A DNA stretch of 45,605 nucleotides from an uncultured Chlamydiae bacterium (GTDB taxonomy: Bacteria > Chlamydiota > Chlamydiia > Chlamydiales > Parachlamydiaceae), in assembly GCA_963830365.1 (NCBI GenBank), contig CAWHMU010000015.1, forward strand, positions 1 to 45,605. The letters are read 5' to 3'. Below, piece by piece: positions 36,582 through 45,605 of this stretch. The notes below the pieces were generated by a model. That model saw only the letters and a list, made by a program, of their open reading frames with translations. It made no database searches and was not told the DNA's origin. A program made the position numbers and the translations under genes. How positions within the stretch are numbered: position 1 is the first letter of the stretch; the number at the start of each line of letters is the position of its first letter.

Positions 36582-37880
36582 GTGAATAAGATAACCTACG
36601 TACTCGATACCAACGTCTTGCTGCATGATCCTGAATCGCTTACCAAATTTCCCAATCACAATGTCGTCGTACCGGTGACAGTGCTTGAAGAACTCGATAA
36701 AATGAAACGCCTGCCAAGCGATCTCGGCAGAAATTCGCGCATCGTCTTTAGGATGCTGGACTCTTTCAGTACTTTGGGTAAAGGAGACTTGCACCACGGC
36801 GTGCTGCTCGATTCCGGTTCTACCATCCGTATCCAGCTCGAAATCAAGACCGATTATCACTATAACTTCGCTTTGTCGGTCAATGACAACCGCATTATCA
36901 TGGCCGCATATTTCCTGCATGAAAAGGGCGATCAGGTCATTTTTGTCTCTAAAGATTTTGCCGCCAGAATCAAAGCTGAAGCCATCGGCCTGCGTGCGCA
37001 GGACTATCAAAACCTCAGATATTCTTACGAAGCCATCTACAAGGGCATCCGCAAAATTGAAACCAGCAAACACGATGTGGATGTCTTTTACAAAGATGGC
37101 GAGCTGGTCCTGCCCAAGCTGGATTGCCGCCCCAATGAGTACTGCATCGTCACTTCCCCCGAACACTCTTCGGCTGTCGGCAAATACGATAGCCAACGCC
37201 AAGCCATCGAGCCATTGTTGAAAACTCCCAATATCTGGGGGATCAAGCCCCGTAACGTGGAGCAGCGCTGCGCCATCGATGTGCTGTTGCGCGACGAGAT
37301 CAAGCTGGTGACGCTGGTTGGACAGGCAGGTACAGGAAAAACGTTGTTGGCTTTGGCCTGCGGCATGCGCAAGGTGTTTGATGAGGGATTATACTCGCGT
37401 ATCCTGGTTAGCCGTCCGGTCATCCCGCTTGGCCGCGATATCGGCTATTTGCCGGGTACCAAAGAGGAGAAATTGTTCAATTGGATGCAGCCGATCTATG
37501 ACAACCTGGAGTTCTTATGCGACTCTTCAGGCAACGAGCCCAATGACACGCTGCGCTGGGTGATGGAGAGCAAAAAAATAGAAATGGAAGCTGTCACTTA
37601 TATCCGAGGACGCTCCTTGCCGAAAATGTATATCATTATCGATGAGGCGCAGAACCTCACCCCGCATGAAGTCAAAACCATTATTTCACGTGCCGGCGAG
37701 GGCACGAAGGTGATTCTGACCGGTGACCCGACGCAGATCGACAATCCTTATCTGGATAAGGATTCTAACGGCTTGACATATGCCATCGGCCGTTTCTGCG
37801 ATCACAAAATCTATGGCCATATCTTCTTGGAGAAGACTGAACGCTCAGAACTGGCGGCTTTGGCGGCTGAGATCCTGTAA
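36582..37880 (+). CDS. phoH: PhoH-family PIN-domain ATPase (PhoH2, CT015-like)
   Basis: PIN motif VLDTNVLLHDP; GQAGTGKT; YIRGRS; IIDEAQN; GDPTQID. Confidence 0.93.
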   Translation: MNKITYVLDTNVLLHDPESLTKFPNHNVVVPVTVLEELDKMKRLPSDLGRNSRIVFRMLDSFSTLGKGDLHHGVLLDSGSTIRIQLEIKTDYHYNFALSVNDNRIIMAAYFLHEKGDQVIFVSKDFAARIKAEAIGLRAQDYQNLRYSYEAIYKGIRKIETSKHDVDVFYKDGELVLPKLDCRPNEYCIVTSPEHSSAVGKYDSQRQAIEPLLKTPNIWGIKPRNVEQRCAIDVLLRDEIKLVTLVGQAGTGKTLLALACGMRKVFDEGLYSRILVSRPVIPLGRDIGYLPGTKEEKLFNWMQPIYDNLEFLCDSSGNEPNDTLRWVMESKKIEMEAVTYIRGRSLPKMYIIIDEAQNLTPHEVKTIISRAGEGTKVILTGDPTQIDNPYLDKDSNGLTYAIGRFCDHKIYGHIFLEKTERSELAALAAEIL

Positions 37881-37899
37881 AAAACGTGAAGGTAGACTG

Positions 37900-38934
37900 A
37901 TGGTTAATTCACACCTTTTCCATTTGAGCCAAATCAAGCCTCAAAATCAGCTGGCCGGAGGCTATCGCCTTGAAGCCACCAAGAGCAACTTCCCCATGCT
38001 GCAAGGGATGTCTTTTTACCGACTTCTGCTTGCGCCTCAGGGTGTAAGAGAGCCGCATTGGCATGCCAATGCGGACGAACTGGGGTATTGCCTTAAAGGG
38101 AAAGTGCTAATTTCGCTATATGCCACAGGCAACGTCAAAGAGACCTTCTTGGTCAATAAAGGCGAGGCTTTTTTCATTCCCTCTGGCGCGCTGCACGGGA
38201 TCGAAAATGCAAGTCATGCAGCCAGCGAATTGATTCTGCAGTTTTCGCATGAAGAACCCGAAGATTTCGGGCTATCATCTGTGTGTGGTATGTTTTCCGA
38301 TGCCGTGTTGGGTAATACCTGGGGCGTGTCCAGCGACGTATTCAAATCCCTGAAACGGTCGACCAAAGAGGTCTTCATCGCGCTTAATCAGCAGCCTGTG
38401 GATATTCCCAAAGATGCTGCCTACGCCTCGGCTTATCGATATAACCTTGCTGGCGCCCCCGCCTTGATCTGCAATGCTGGCGGCATGGCAAAGGTAGCCA
38501 GACAGGACGTTTGGCCAATCTTAAAACGGCAGGCCCTCTATTCTTTGCTATTGACCAATACCGGCATGCGGGAGCCGCATTGGCATCCTGAGACAGCCGA
38601 AATGGGCTTTGTCGACCAAGGCAAGGGACGCATGTCGATCCTGTCCCCATCGGGAAAGGTTGATACCTACGAGATGAATGTCGGCGATATCTATTTCATC
38701 CCCAAGGCCTATCCCCACCACATCGAAAATCTGACGAGTGACCCGCTGCATTTGCTGATCTATTTTGATCAGGCCATGCCGGGTGATATCGGTTTCACCG
38801 GCAGCGTGAAGTCATATCCCGATGAGGTGCTGACCAGCATCTTCAATAGTCCTAAGGAATTCTTTGCCAAACTGCCCACCTATTACCAGGATCTATTCAT
38901 CGTCGAAAGGGTAAACCCGTTGGATAAAAGCTGA
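37900..38934 (+). CDS. Bicupin, oxalate decarboxylase-like
   Basis: Two REPHWH...E cupin metal motifs with downstream His (LHGIEN, HHIEN). Start at ATG 37900. Confidence 0.85.
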   Translation: MVNSHLFHLSQIKPQNQLAGGYRLEATKSNFPMLQGMSFYRLLLAPQGVREPHWHANADELGYCLKGKVLISLYATGNVKETFLVNKGEAFFIPSGALHGIENASHAASELILQFSHEEPEDFGLSSVCGMFSDAVLGNTWGVSSDVFKSLKRSTKEVFIALNQQPVDIPKDAAYASAYRYNLAGAPALICNAGGMAKVARQDVWPILKRQALYSLLLTNTGMREPHWHPETAEMGFVDQGKGRMSILSPSGKVDTYEMNVGDIYFIPKAYPHHIENLTSDPLHLLIYFDQAMPGDIGFTGSVKSYPDEVLTSIFNSPKEFFAKLPTYYQDLFIVERVNPLDKS

Positions 38935-39149
38935 CTATAAAGCACGTCGTATAAGAAATTCATTCCGGAGACGCCAACAGACAATGAATAAAGTCGGGAA
39001 ATCTCCGATCATTAAATGATTTTTATTAATTACTTTCGTGTTGAAATTAATGATTAACTCATTTAAAATAATTTCACTAATGTAGTTATTTATTTGTTAT
39101 CGTGTCGTTGTTTAGTTTTGTTGAACGAAAAATTAACTAAGGTTTTATC

Positions 39150-39341
39150 GTGAATCGCGCACGCGCCTTGACGTTAGTGGCAGCCTTTTTGGGCCGGGTC
39201 TTTGCTGCCATTGGCGTGTTGGGCATGGGCTCTTTAGTCTACGATTTTTCAGGCAGATATCAGGCAGGCGGGCGCGTGTTCAGCTATATTTATGCTTTCG
39301 GCATCCCGCTGATCTTTTTCTTGCGAATGAGACTTTTGTAA
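39150..39341 (+). CDS. Small two-TM hypothetical protein
   Basis: TAAGG RBS plus GTG; two hydrophobic segments; ends 19 nt before the MFS gene. Confidence 0.45.
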   Translation: MNRARALTLVAAFLGRVFAAIGVLGMGSLVYDFSGRYQAGGRVFSYIYAFGIPLIFFLRMRLL

Positions 39342-39360
39342 AAATACATTTAAAGGTGAG

Positions 39361-40605
39361 ATGACGATGGACTTTTGTAATATCACACGGGCCTGCCGCG
39401 CCACGCGCTTTATCTTTCTGGCTTTCGGCTTAAGTATTTCCAGCTGGGCCCCCATGGTGCCTTTTGCCAAGACCAGGCTGGGGCTCGACGATGCGCAACT
39501 GGGCTTGGTTTTACTGGTCTTTGGCATCGGGGCGCTTGTCACCATGCCCTTTTCCGGCTGGCTGGTACAGCGCTACGGCAGCCGTCTGATCACCTTGCTT
39601 TCCGGACTGCTGATGATCACGGTTGTGCCTCTGCTGGCAATTGCCGATACGGCACTTGCGCTGAGTGCGGTCTTGTTTTTCTTCGGTGCCGGCACTGGCG
39701 CTTTGAATGTATCGATCAATGCCCAAGCCGTGGCGGTAGAAGCTAAGAGCCCGGTGGCGCTAATGTCGGGGTTTCATTGTTTGTTTAGCACCGGCGGACT
39801 GTTAGGCGCGGTGCTGGTCAGCGTTTTATTGGAGTTTAAGTTTGAATTGCTGTTTTGTGCCTTGACAATAGCTTCAATCATGGCCTTGATATTCATTTTT
39901 CAGTGGAAATATCTCCTCAATGTTATCGAAGATAGGCCCCAAATTCAGATCCAGAGCCCTACTGAAAAGCGTTTTGTCTTTCCCGATGCCACAGTGCTGC
40001 TGCTTGGCGTGATGTGCTTTATAGCCTTCATGGCAGAGGGTGCGATGCTAGACTGGAGCGCTGAATTCTTGCGTTCTGCGTTGCATTACGAGGCTGCGCT
40101 TGCCGGCATCGGTTATGCGCTATTCTCCATCGCCATGGCAGGCGGACGCCTGACAGGGGATCGGCTGATCCAGCGCTTTGGCAGTCTGGCCGTATTCCAG
40201 GTGGGGAGTTTAGTGGCTGCCGGCGGCTTTTTGGTGGTGGTCACTTCAAGCTGGGGATATGGGGAGCTGTTGGGATTTTGCTTAATCGGCATCGGTGCTG
40301 CCAATATCGTGCCCATTCTTTTCAGCACCTCCGGCCGGTTGCCAGCCACCTCGCCAAGCTATGCTCTTAGTGTCGTAACCACCGTGGGGTATTTGGGGAT
40401 GCTGATCGGACCTGCCTGCATTGGTTTTATCGCTCAAGCTACCTCGTTGTCCTTGGCCTTAGGCGGTATCGCCCTTTTGCTGGCCGCCGTCGGCTTAAAG
40501 GGCGGAGGCGTTTTGCTTGCCTCCCCTGCTATAAGCCAATATGCTGTAATGCCCTCGATTGAAGGTGAGGGGGAAAGGCCTTTACTTACATCCGAGGGAA
40601 TTTGA
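39361..40605 (+). CDS. MFS transporter
   Basis: About 12 TM segments; GWLVQRYGSR and GDRLIQRFG loop motifs; EGAMLDWS. Confidence 0.92.
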   Translation: MTMDFCNITRACRATRFIFLAFGLSISSWAPMVPFAKTRLGLDDAQLGLVLLVFGIGALVTMPFSGWLVQRYGSRLITLLSGLLMITVVPLLAIADTALALSAVLFFFGAGTGALNVSINAQAVAVEAKSPVALMSGFHCLFSTGGLLGAVLVSVLLEFKFELLFCALTIASIMALIFIFQWKYLLNVIEDRPQIQIQSPTEKRFVFPDATVLLLGVMCFIAFMAEGAMLDWSAEFLRSALHYEAALAGIGYALFSIAMAGGRLTGDRLIQRFGSLAVFQVGSLVAAGGFLVVVTSSWGYGELLGFCLIGIGAANIVPILFSTSGRLPATSPSYALSVVTTVGYLGMLIGPACIGFIAQATSLSLALGGIALLLAAVGLKGGGVLLASPAISQYAVMPSIEGEGERPLLTSEGI

Positions 40606-40622
40606 GAAATCAAACGATCCGT

Positions 40623-41645
40623 TTAAAAATCAAATTTCGCCCTGACTGTTAAGCCGGAGAGAGCGAGATCTCCATGCGGCCCAGGGGGGAGGATGGCAGA
40701 CTGCCACTGCCACTGATTGAAAAAGAACTGCTGTTCCCAGCCGATCAAGAATGCGGCGTGATATTGTCCACACAGCCAGGTATCCCATTTAATTCCAACG
40801 CAGCCATCGGCAATGGCTTTGGCGATCCAGTAGTTATCTTTGTTATAACTTAGCAGAAATTGTGAAGGGGAGATGTTTTCAGACACACTCAAGCTATAAT
40901 AGCCCGGAATTAAAGAAAAAGCCCCATCAACACATAGCGATAACCCATATCCGAAGCCCCATTGCGTTTCCAAGCCAGTCCTCAGACCGACGCCCCAGAA
41001 GTTGTTTTTAAAACGCAGCACATCGGGATTGCCAAAGATGGGGTTTTGCAAGCTATAATTCACATGATGGTGTTCTTGTAGCCATTCGGCTCTAAGACCG
41101 ACATGCGGCTTTAGAATGAAAAAATCGCAAAAGGAAAATTCTTTGCTGAGCTGTAAATCGATGAAGTCAAGATTCAGTTTGAAATGTGAAGAAGCGGCTT
41201 CAAGGAACTGGTTTAAAACAGGTGAAGCCAGGATTTCCTGCAACGTGCCACCGGCAGGAACAGTTAAATTCCCTTTGGCATCGGCATTAAAGTGTGTCCA
41301 AGCCAGTGACAGGTTAGCACCATTATACGGCAGATTTTTGCCAACGCCCAAGCGGAACCCGCAATCCCAATCAAAATGGGGTGCTTTATCGGCGCCGACA
41401 TTTATGCGATTGTCCGTGCTTCTAAAGGCATATTCAAGCCCGGCTTGATGGGCCTTCCAACAAAGCAAGTCAGCAAAAATATCAACGGCACATTCACTTT
41501 CACAGCCGGCTGCCGGTAGCTGTTCATATTCGCTGCCATATTGATTGGGAGCCACCTCATAGCCGTTATAGTCATAGTCTGTAGCGGCGATAACCGAAGA
41601 AAAAGCCAGGGCGGATAAAACGGCGCTCTTTAGAAAAATCTTCAT
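40623..41645 (-). CDS. Outer-membrane beta-barrel (Lpg1974/MOMP-like porin)
   Basis: Signal peptide, WDCGFRLGVG, FWGVGLRTGL and a C-terminal Phe (GLTVRAKFDF). Confidence 0.85.
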   Translation of the reverse strand: MKIFLKSAVLSALAFSSVIAATDYDYNGYEVAPNQYGSEYEQLPAAGCESECAVDIFADLLCWKAHQAGLEYAFRSTDNRINVGADKAPHFDWDCGFRLGVGKNLPYNGANLSLAWTHFNADAKGNLTVPAGGTLQEILASPVLNQFLEAASSHFKLNLDFIDLQLSKEFSFCDFFILKPHVGLRAEWLQEHHHVNYSLQNPIFGNPDVLRFKNNFWGVGLRTGLETQWGFGYGLSLCVDGAFSLIPGYYSLSVSENISPSQFLLSYNKDNYWIAKAIADGCVGIKWDTWLCGQYHAAFLIGWEQQFFFNQWQWQSAILPPGPHGDLALSGLTVRAKFDF

Positions 41646-41722
41646 GATCAGCTCCTTAAAATAAAGCGTATGTGTAAAAATCTATTTAGCATCATGCTCC
41701 CAATTATTCTCTAACATAAAAT

Positions 41723-42253
41723 GGTTCATCCGAAAAATGAGGACCTCGACTCGTAGAGATAATAAAGCTGGTTTAAAATATTCCATATTCAAGAAGTCGT
41801 ATACTTGTCTTTTCGACGAAGGTTTGCAAGTAGGCTAAAAGGTGCACTTACCGCGGCAGCGGTCGACAGATTTCAGCCCCGCGTGCAGGTGCTTCCTGCG
41901 CCGGAACGTGGGGTTCGCATAAATTTAAAAGGCAACCGCGGCAGCGGTGTAAGAGGCCTACAAAGCTCTTACACCGCTGCCGCGGTTTTGATATTATGTG
42001 TATTCTGACCCCACGTTCCGGCGCAGGAACGCTGCACGCGGGGCTGAAATCTGCTGACCGCTGCCGCGGTATAGGCACTATCCAACATCTTAATTTGAGC
42101 TACCTAAGTACCTTTGCAATTATCTCAAACGGGGATTGTAGAAGCTTTACTCAAGATCTCAAGCAGTTCATAAAGTTCTGATAATGAAGGTTCATAAAAA
42201 TCTGAAGACTTAATACTTTTACCTGCTAAAGGTCCTCATTTGTCGGATGAACC
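41723..42253. mobile_element. 531-bp non-autonomous element with 24-bp inverted ends related to the 17224 MITE
   Basis: GGTTCATCCGAAAAATGAGGACCT ... AGGTCCTCATTTGTCGGATGAACC; no target-site duplication seen. Confidence 0.75.
41849..42071. repeat. GC-rich nested palindrome (REPIN-like)
   Basis: Four copies of ACCGCGGCAGCGGT, two per strand; outer arms about 65 bp and inner arms 22 bp. Confidence 0.9.
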
Positions 42254-42590
42254 TTAATAAACCTCATTGTGAATATATTTCAAAGTTTTTTTGTTGGCGG
42301 AGCTTATCTCTTGTAGCCCATGGCTAAGGCATGCGAGCGCTATAGTCCATATGTTGTCCATATTATCCGTGATTTGATTCTATTTCGACATTTTTGCACA
42401 GCAGAGTGTATGCCAAGTGGAATACAGAGGGTCTTCGACCTTTTGGCAAGGGTAGGGCACGGTGTCCTTCTGAATTTTTTGGTGGGAAATTTTTGGCATT
42501 CCCAATAGGATGGCTGCAAAAGTTTTAAAGCTAGCAGATAGCCGGTGAAGTGCTGACGAAAAATACTGATAACAAATATAGAAATTAACG

Positions 42591-44646
42591 ATGGAAAAAA
42601 TATGTTTTGCGCTCGCGCTATTGATACCCATATTAGCGCCGGCGGATACAATGTTAGATCTTTTAAGGATCGTGCCTGCCGCACAATCACAGGACTATGT
42701 AGCCAATAAAAAGCAGTTTCAGCTCCACACGCTAATTACCGAACAGCGCCATCCTAAAACATGGGATTTAAGCCAAATCATCCAAACTGATACGCTGGCC
42801 GGTATCCAGGCTTTGCTGAGTGTTGATACCGATATCGCTCAGAAATTTATCGCACTTTCAGATCATACAACCCTATTGGATCAGGCTGCCTCGGCGGTAA
42901 AAAAAGCTATTTTAGAAAACAAAAAAGTCTATATCTACGGCTGTGGCGCTACCGGCAGACTGGCCAAACAGATGGAAAGCTCTTTTTGGCGTCCTTTTTG
43001 GAAAATGATGCAATCCCTCCCCCATTGGGAAGCTATTAAAAGCTCTTTTCCGGATATTGAAAACCGTCTGATCGGTGAGATGACCGGCGCCGACCGTGCT
43101 CTGATAAGTTCTTTAGAAGGCTTTGAAGATCTGCAGCTGATTGGGGCATTACAGCTTGAAGATCATGGCAACCAATGGGGAGATGCGGTTTTTGCCATCA
43201 CCGAAGGCGGAGAAACATCCTCAGTAATCGGCACCATCTTAGCCGCCCTGAGACAGTACCCTGAAAATGATGCCAACAGCGCTACCGAAGCCCAACAGCG
43301 TCTCTATTTCATCTATAATAATCCCGACCAGGTGCTGCTGCCATATGATAGAAGCCGCAGTGTCATTGAGAACCAAGCCATCACCAAAATCTGTCTTTGC
43401 ACAGGACCGCAAGCGATTACGGGTTCTACCAGAATGCAGGCCACGACGAGTGAGACTTTTGTCATGGGCATTATCCTTGAGCAAGCCCTCTATGAATTGC
43501 TTGAACCTCATCTTTCATCCACCGAGCTGGCAGAGCTGGGTTTCCAGGCCTCCAACATGCAGGAGAGACTGTTGAGCTTTTTAGCAGTGCAACAAGCCGT
43601 GAATGCATCCAGGGAGGCGCTCAGTCTGTTGACTGATCTGGAAGCTGCGACCTGCCGCAATAATGGCTTTTCGACATATTTTGCAGAGGCGGCGCTGATG
43701 ACGGTGTTTACCGATTCCACCGAACGCTCTCCTACCTTCAGGCTCTCTCCACTGGATACTTATGACGCCGCGCCAAGAAAGTCGTGGGTGCAGGTATGGA
43801 CACCGGCGGTAGATAAGCTTAGCGCCTGGAAAAGCTTATTGGGACGCCCCTTTTATGGTCTGGAGAAGGAATTCTATGCCCAACAATTTTCGCAAGGCAT
43901 TGAAGATGCCTATTTAAAAGCGATGGCTCTCAAAAGCTTGGATAAAGCAGGTAATGAGCAGCAGTACCTGTATGACTTTTCCTATTCCCAAGCAAACGTA
44001 GCTGCGCATGGCCCGCAGCAAAATGATTTGGGCGTCATGGTCCTTTTTGCCGATGAAATAGCTCAATTGACCGATGACTTTTCACCATTTAAGAGCTGGC
44101 TGAAAACTTTTGCCAGACAAGCAGGCCAAACTGGCCGTGATCTTGCTGCCTGCTGAGCTGCTGCCTGTTGAAAATGCTGCCATGCAAGCTATCCATGCGA
44201 TGGCGCCGGACATACTCGTCTTGCAATTGCCACTAGATATTAGCCGGGATCCTTTGAAGCTACGTCAGCATGTGGGCTTGAAAATGCTGCTCAATGCCCA
44301 TTCCACCGGCGTGATGGCGAAATTGGGCAGAGTTGTCGGCAATACCATGACCAGTGTCGATCCCGGCAATTTAAAACTGATCGGCCGCGCCACCTTCCTG
44401 ATTTTTAGCCATGTGAACGATAAGCTCTCTCCCGTAGACAAAATCTCCTACGCCGAAGCCAATGCTGTGCTTTTCGATGCCATTGCCTACGCGCAAAACG
44501 CTCAGAAAACAGGCCAGAATAGCGAGGTCGGACTGAGTGTCATCCGCATTCTGGAAGCCTTGCGCCATAAAGCCTATATCTCTTGGGAAGAGACCGAAGC
44601 CATCTTGCTACAATGCGGACTCGAGGCGTATTTAAACACATTTTAA
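42591..44646 (+). pseudogene. MurQ/GCKR-like SIS-domain protein split by a +1 frameshift near 44110 (pseudogene or assembly error)
   Basis: The first ORF has YGCGATGRLA, EGFED and GPQAITGSTRMQA. The overlapping +1 ORF has the MurQ-like C-terminus KMLLNAHST...GNTM..V...NLKLIGRA. Confidence 0.75.
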
Positions 44647-44663
44647 CTGGTAGACATGTAGAA

Positions 44664-45605
44664 ATGATGAGAATTATTGTTGATAATATAATAGCGAGAA
44701 TTTTAGCTGATGACGCCACCAAATTGCTGAAACAGCCATTGCTAGCAAATTTGGACAATCGCATAAGTTTAGGGTGGCCGGCTTTGCTGGTATTTTTGGG
44801 GTGTGGTGAGATATTGTCAAATCTTCCCGCCTTTGATGCAGACAAGCCCCTTTTCCAGGCTTGCCTTGCGACGTTATATGCCAGCCAAGAAAAAGAAGTT
44901 TTGTTCCATGTGTATGATCATCTTTTTGCAGAGAATTTGAATCAAATCAAGGCGCTGCCACAAATCAATGCACCGTTCCTGCTCCAGGCTATAAGGGACC
45001 AGCGGGCAAAGGCTTCCTTTGTGGAAGCCGCCAAGATTCTATCGCCTGCTTTGGGAGTCAAAGAAACGGCGTTAATATTGAATCCTTCCCAAGTTATGCA
45101 TGATCTCATCCTTTATCTGGCCTGGGATCGCATGTGCGTGTGTATGGCGCGTATATTTAATCATCAATCGCCAGATCCCAAATTCATCCATGGCATTGCC
45201 GTTATGCAAGACTGTCTGGTCGAATCCTATCAGCATATCAAGCAGCATGGACGTACGTCTCCAGGCATTTATCGGCTGCTGGAGGCGCTTTTTTTCTATC
45301 ATATGCGCGAAGAGCATATTAATAATCATTCAGACGCAGAGTGGGCCTTGTTAAGTCGAAGCTTTAACGCCCTGAAAGCCGATGAGGAACTGATGGATCA
45401 TGGCTTACATCGATGATGCAGTCATCATGCGTGAAAAGTTAGGCATTGAAGAAGAAAATCCGGCATGCTATTTGACCCTAGATTCTGCTGATATTGTCAA
45501 CGCCAGGCTAGCGCTAACTAACTTCATGCTGGCCAAATTAACCGCTGAAGTCCCTCAGTGGAGCTATGTGCTGCGCCCAACGCAAATCGTCCACTTAAGC
45601 TTGTG
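44664..45605 (+). CDS. Hypothetical protein, probable +1 frameshift near 45399, runs off the window
   Basis: ORF from ATG 44664 stops at 45416; the +1 frame (MAYIDDAVIM...) is open from 45400 to the window end. Confidence 0.65.

Noticed and set aside
36525..37202. 225-aa antisense ORF opposite phoH
   Set aside because: It lies opposite a conserved gene and is explained by codon bias.
41805..42181. Small ORFs over the palindrome, or a CRISPR array
   Set aside because: Repeats are inverted rather than direct with unique spacers, no cas genes are present, and the ORFs mirror each other.
1..45605. tRNA, rRNA or an intact transposase/integrase
   Set aside because: None recognised by eye; a covariance-model scan would be needed to exclude small RNAs.

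Overview
Bacterial genomic window, most likely from an environmental Chlamydiota (Parachlamydiaceae-like) genome. This rests on the PhoH / CT016-like / CT017-like gene trio, a chlamydial-type PssA and an M16C peptidase. The left third (minus strand) is a PUFA-synthase-like (pfa) iterative PKS/FAS cluster in the myxobacterial gene order pfaD(ER) > pfaA(KS-MAT-ACP // KR-DH) > pfaBC(KS-CLF-AT-DH..., running off the window). The most striking observation is that pfaA is split exactly at an in-phase A_AAA_AAG slippery heptamer followed by TAG, with the KR-DH half in the -1 frame: a candidate programmed -1 frameshift in a megasynthase that has only one ACP. pfaA also has a strong internal SD+ATG, and pfaBC has non-canonical AT and DH active-site residues. 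The rest of the window holds a NUDIX protein, a crt-hbd-thiolase trio, three small Pro-rich ORFs with CDK-inhibitor-like motifs, a flavoprotein, pssA, lexA, a PAP2 phosphatase, rmuC, comM, a bicupin, an MFS transporter, a porin and a frameshifted MurQ-like gene. Intergenic regions carry nested palindromic repeats and MITEs, two of them with perfect 8-bp target-site duplications. All calls come from reading motifs by eye; no searches were run.
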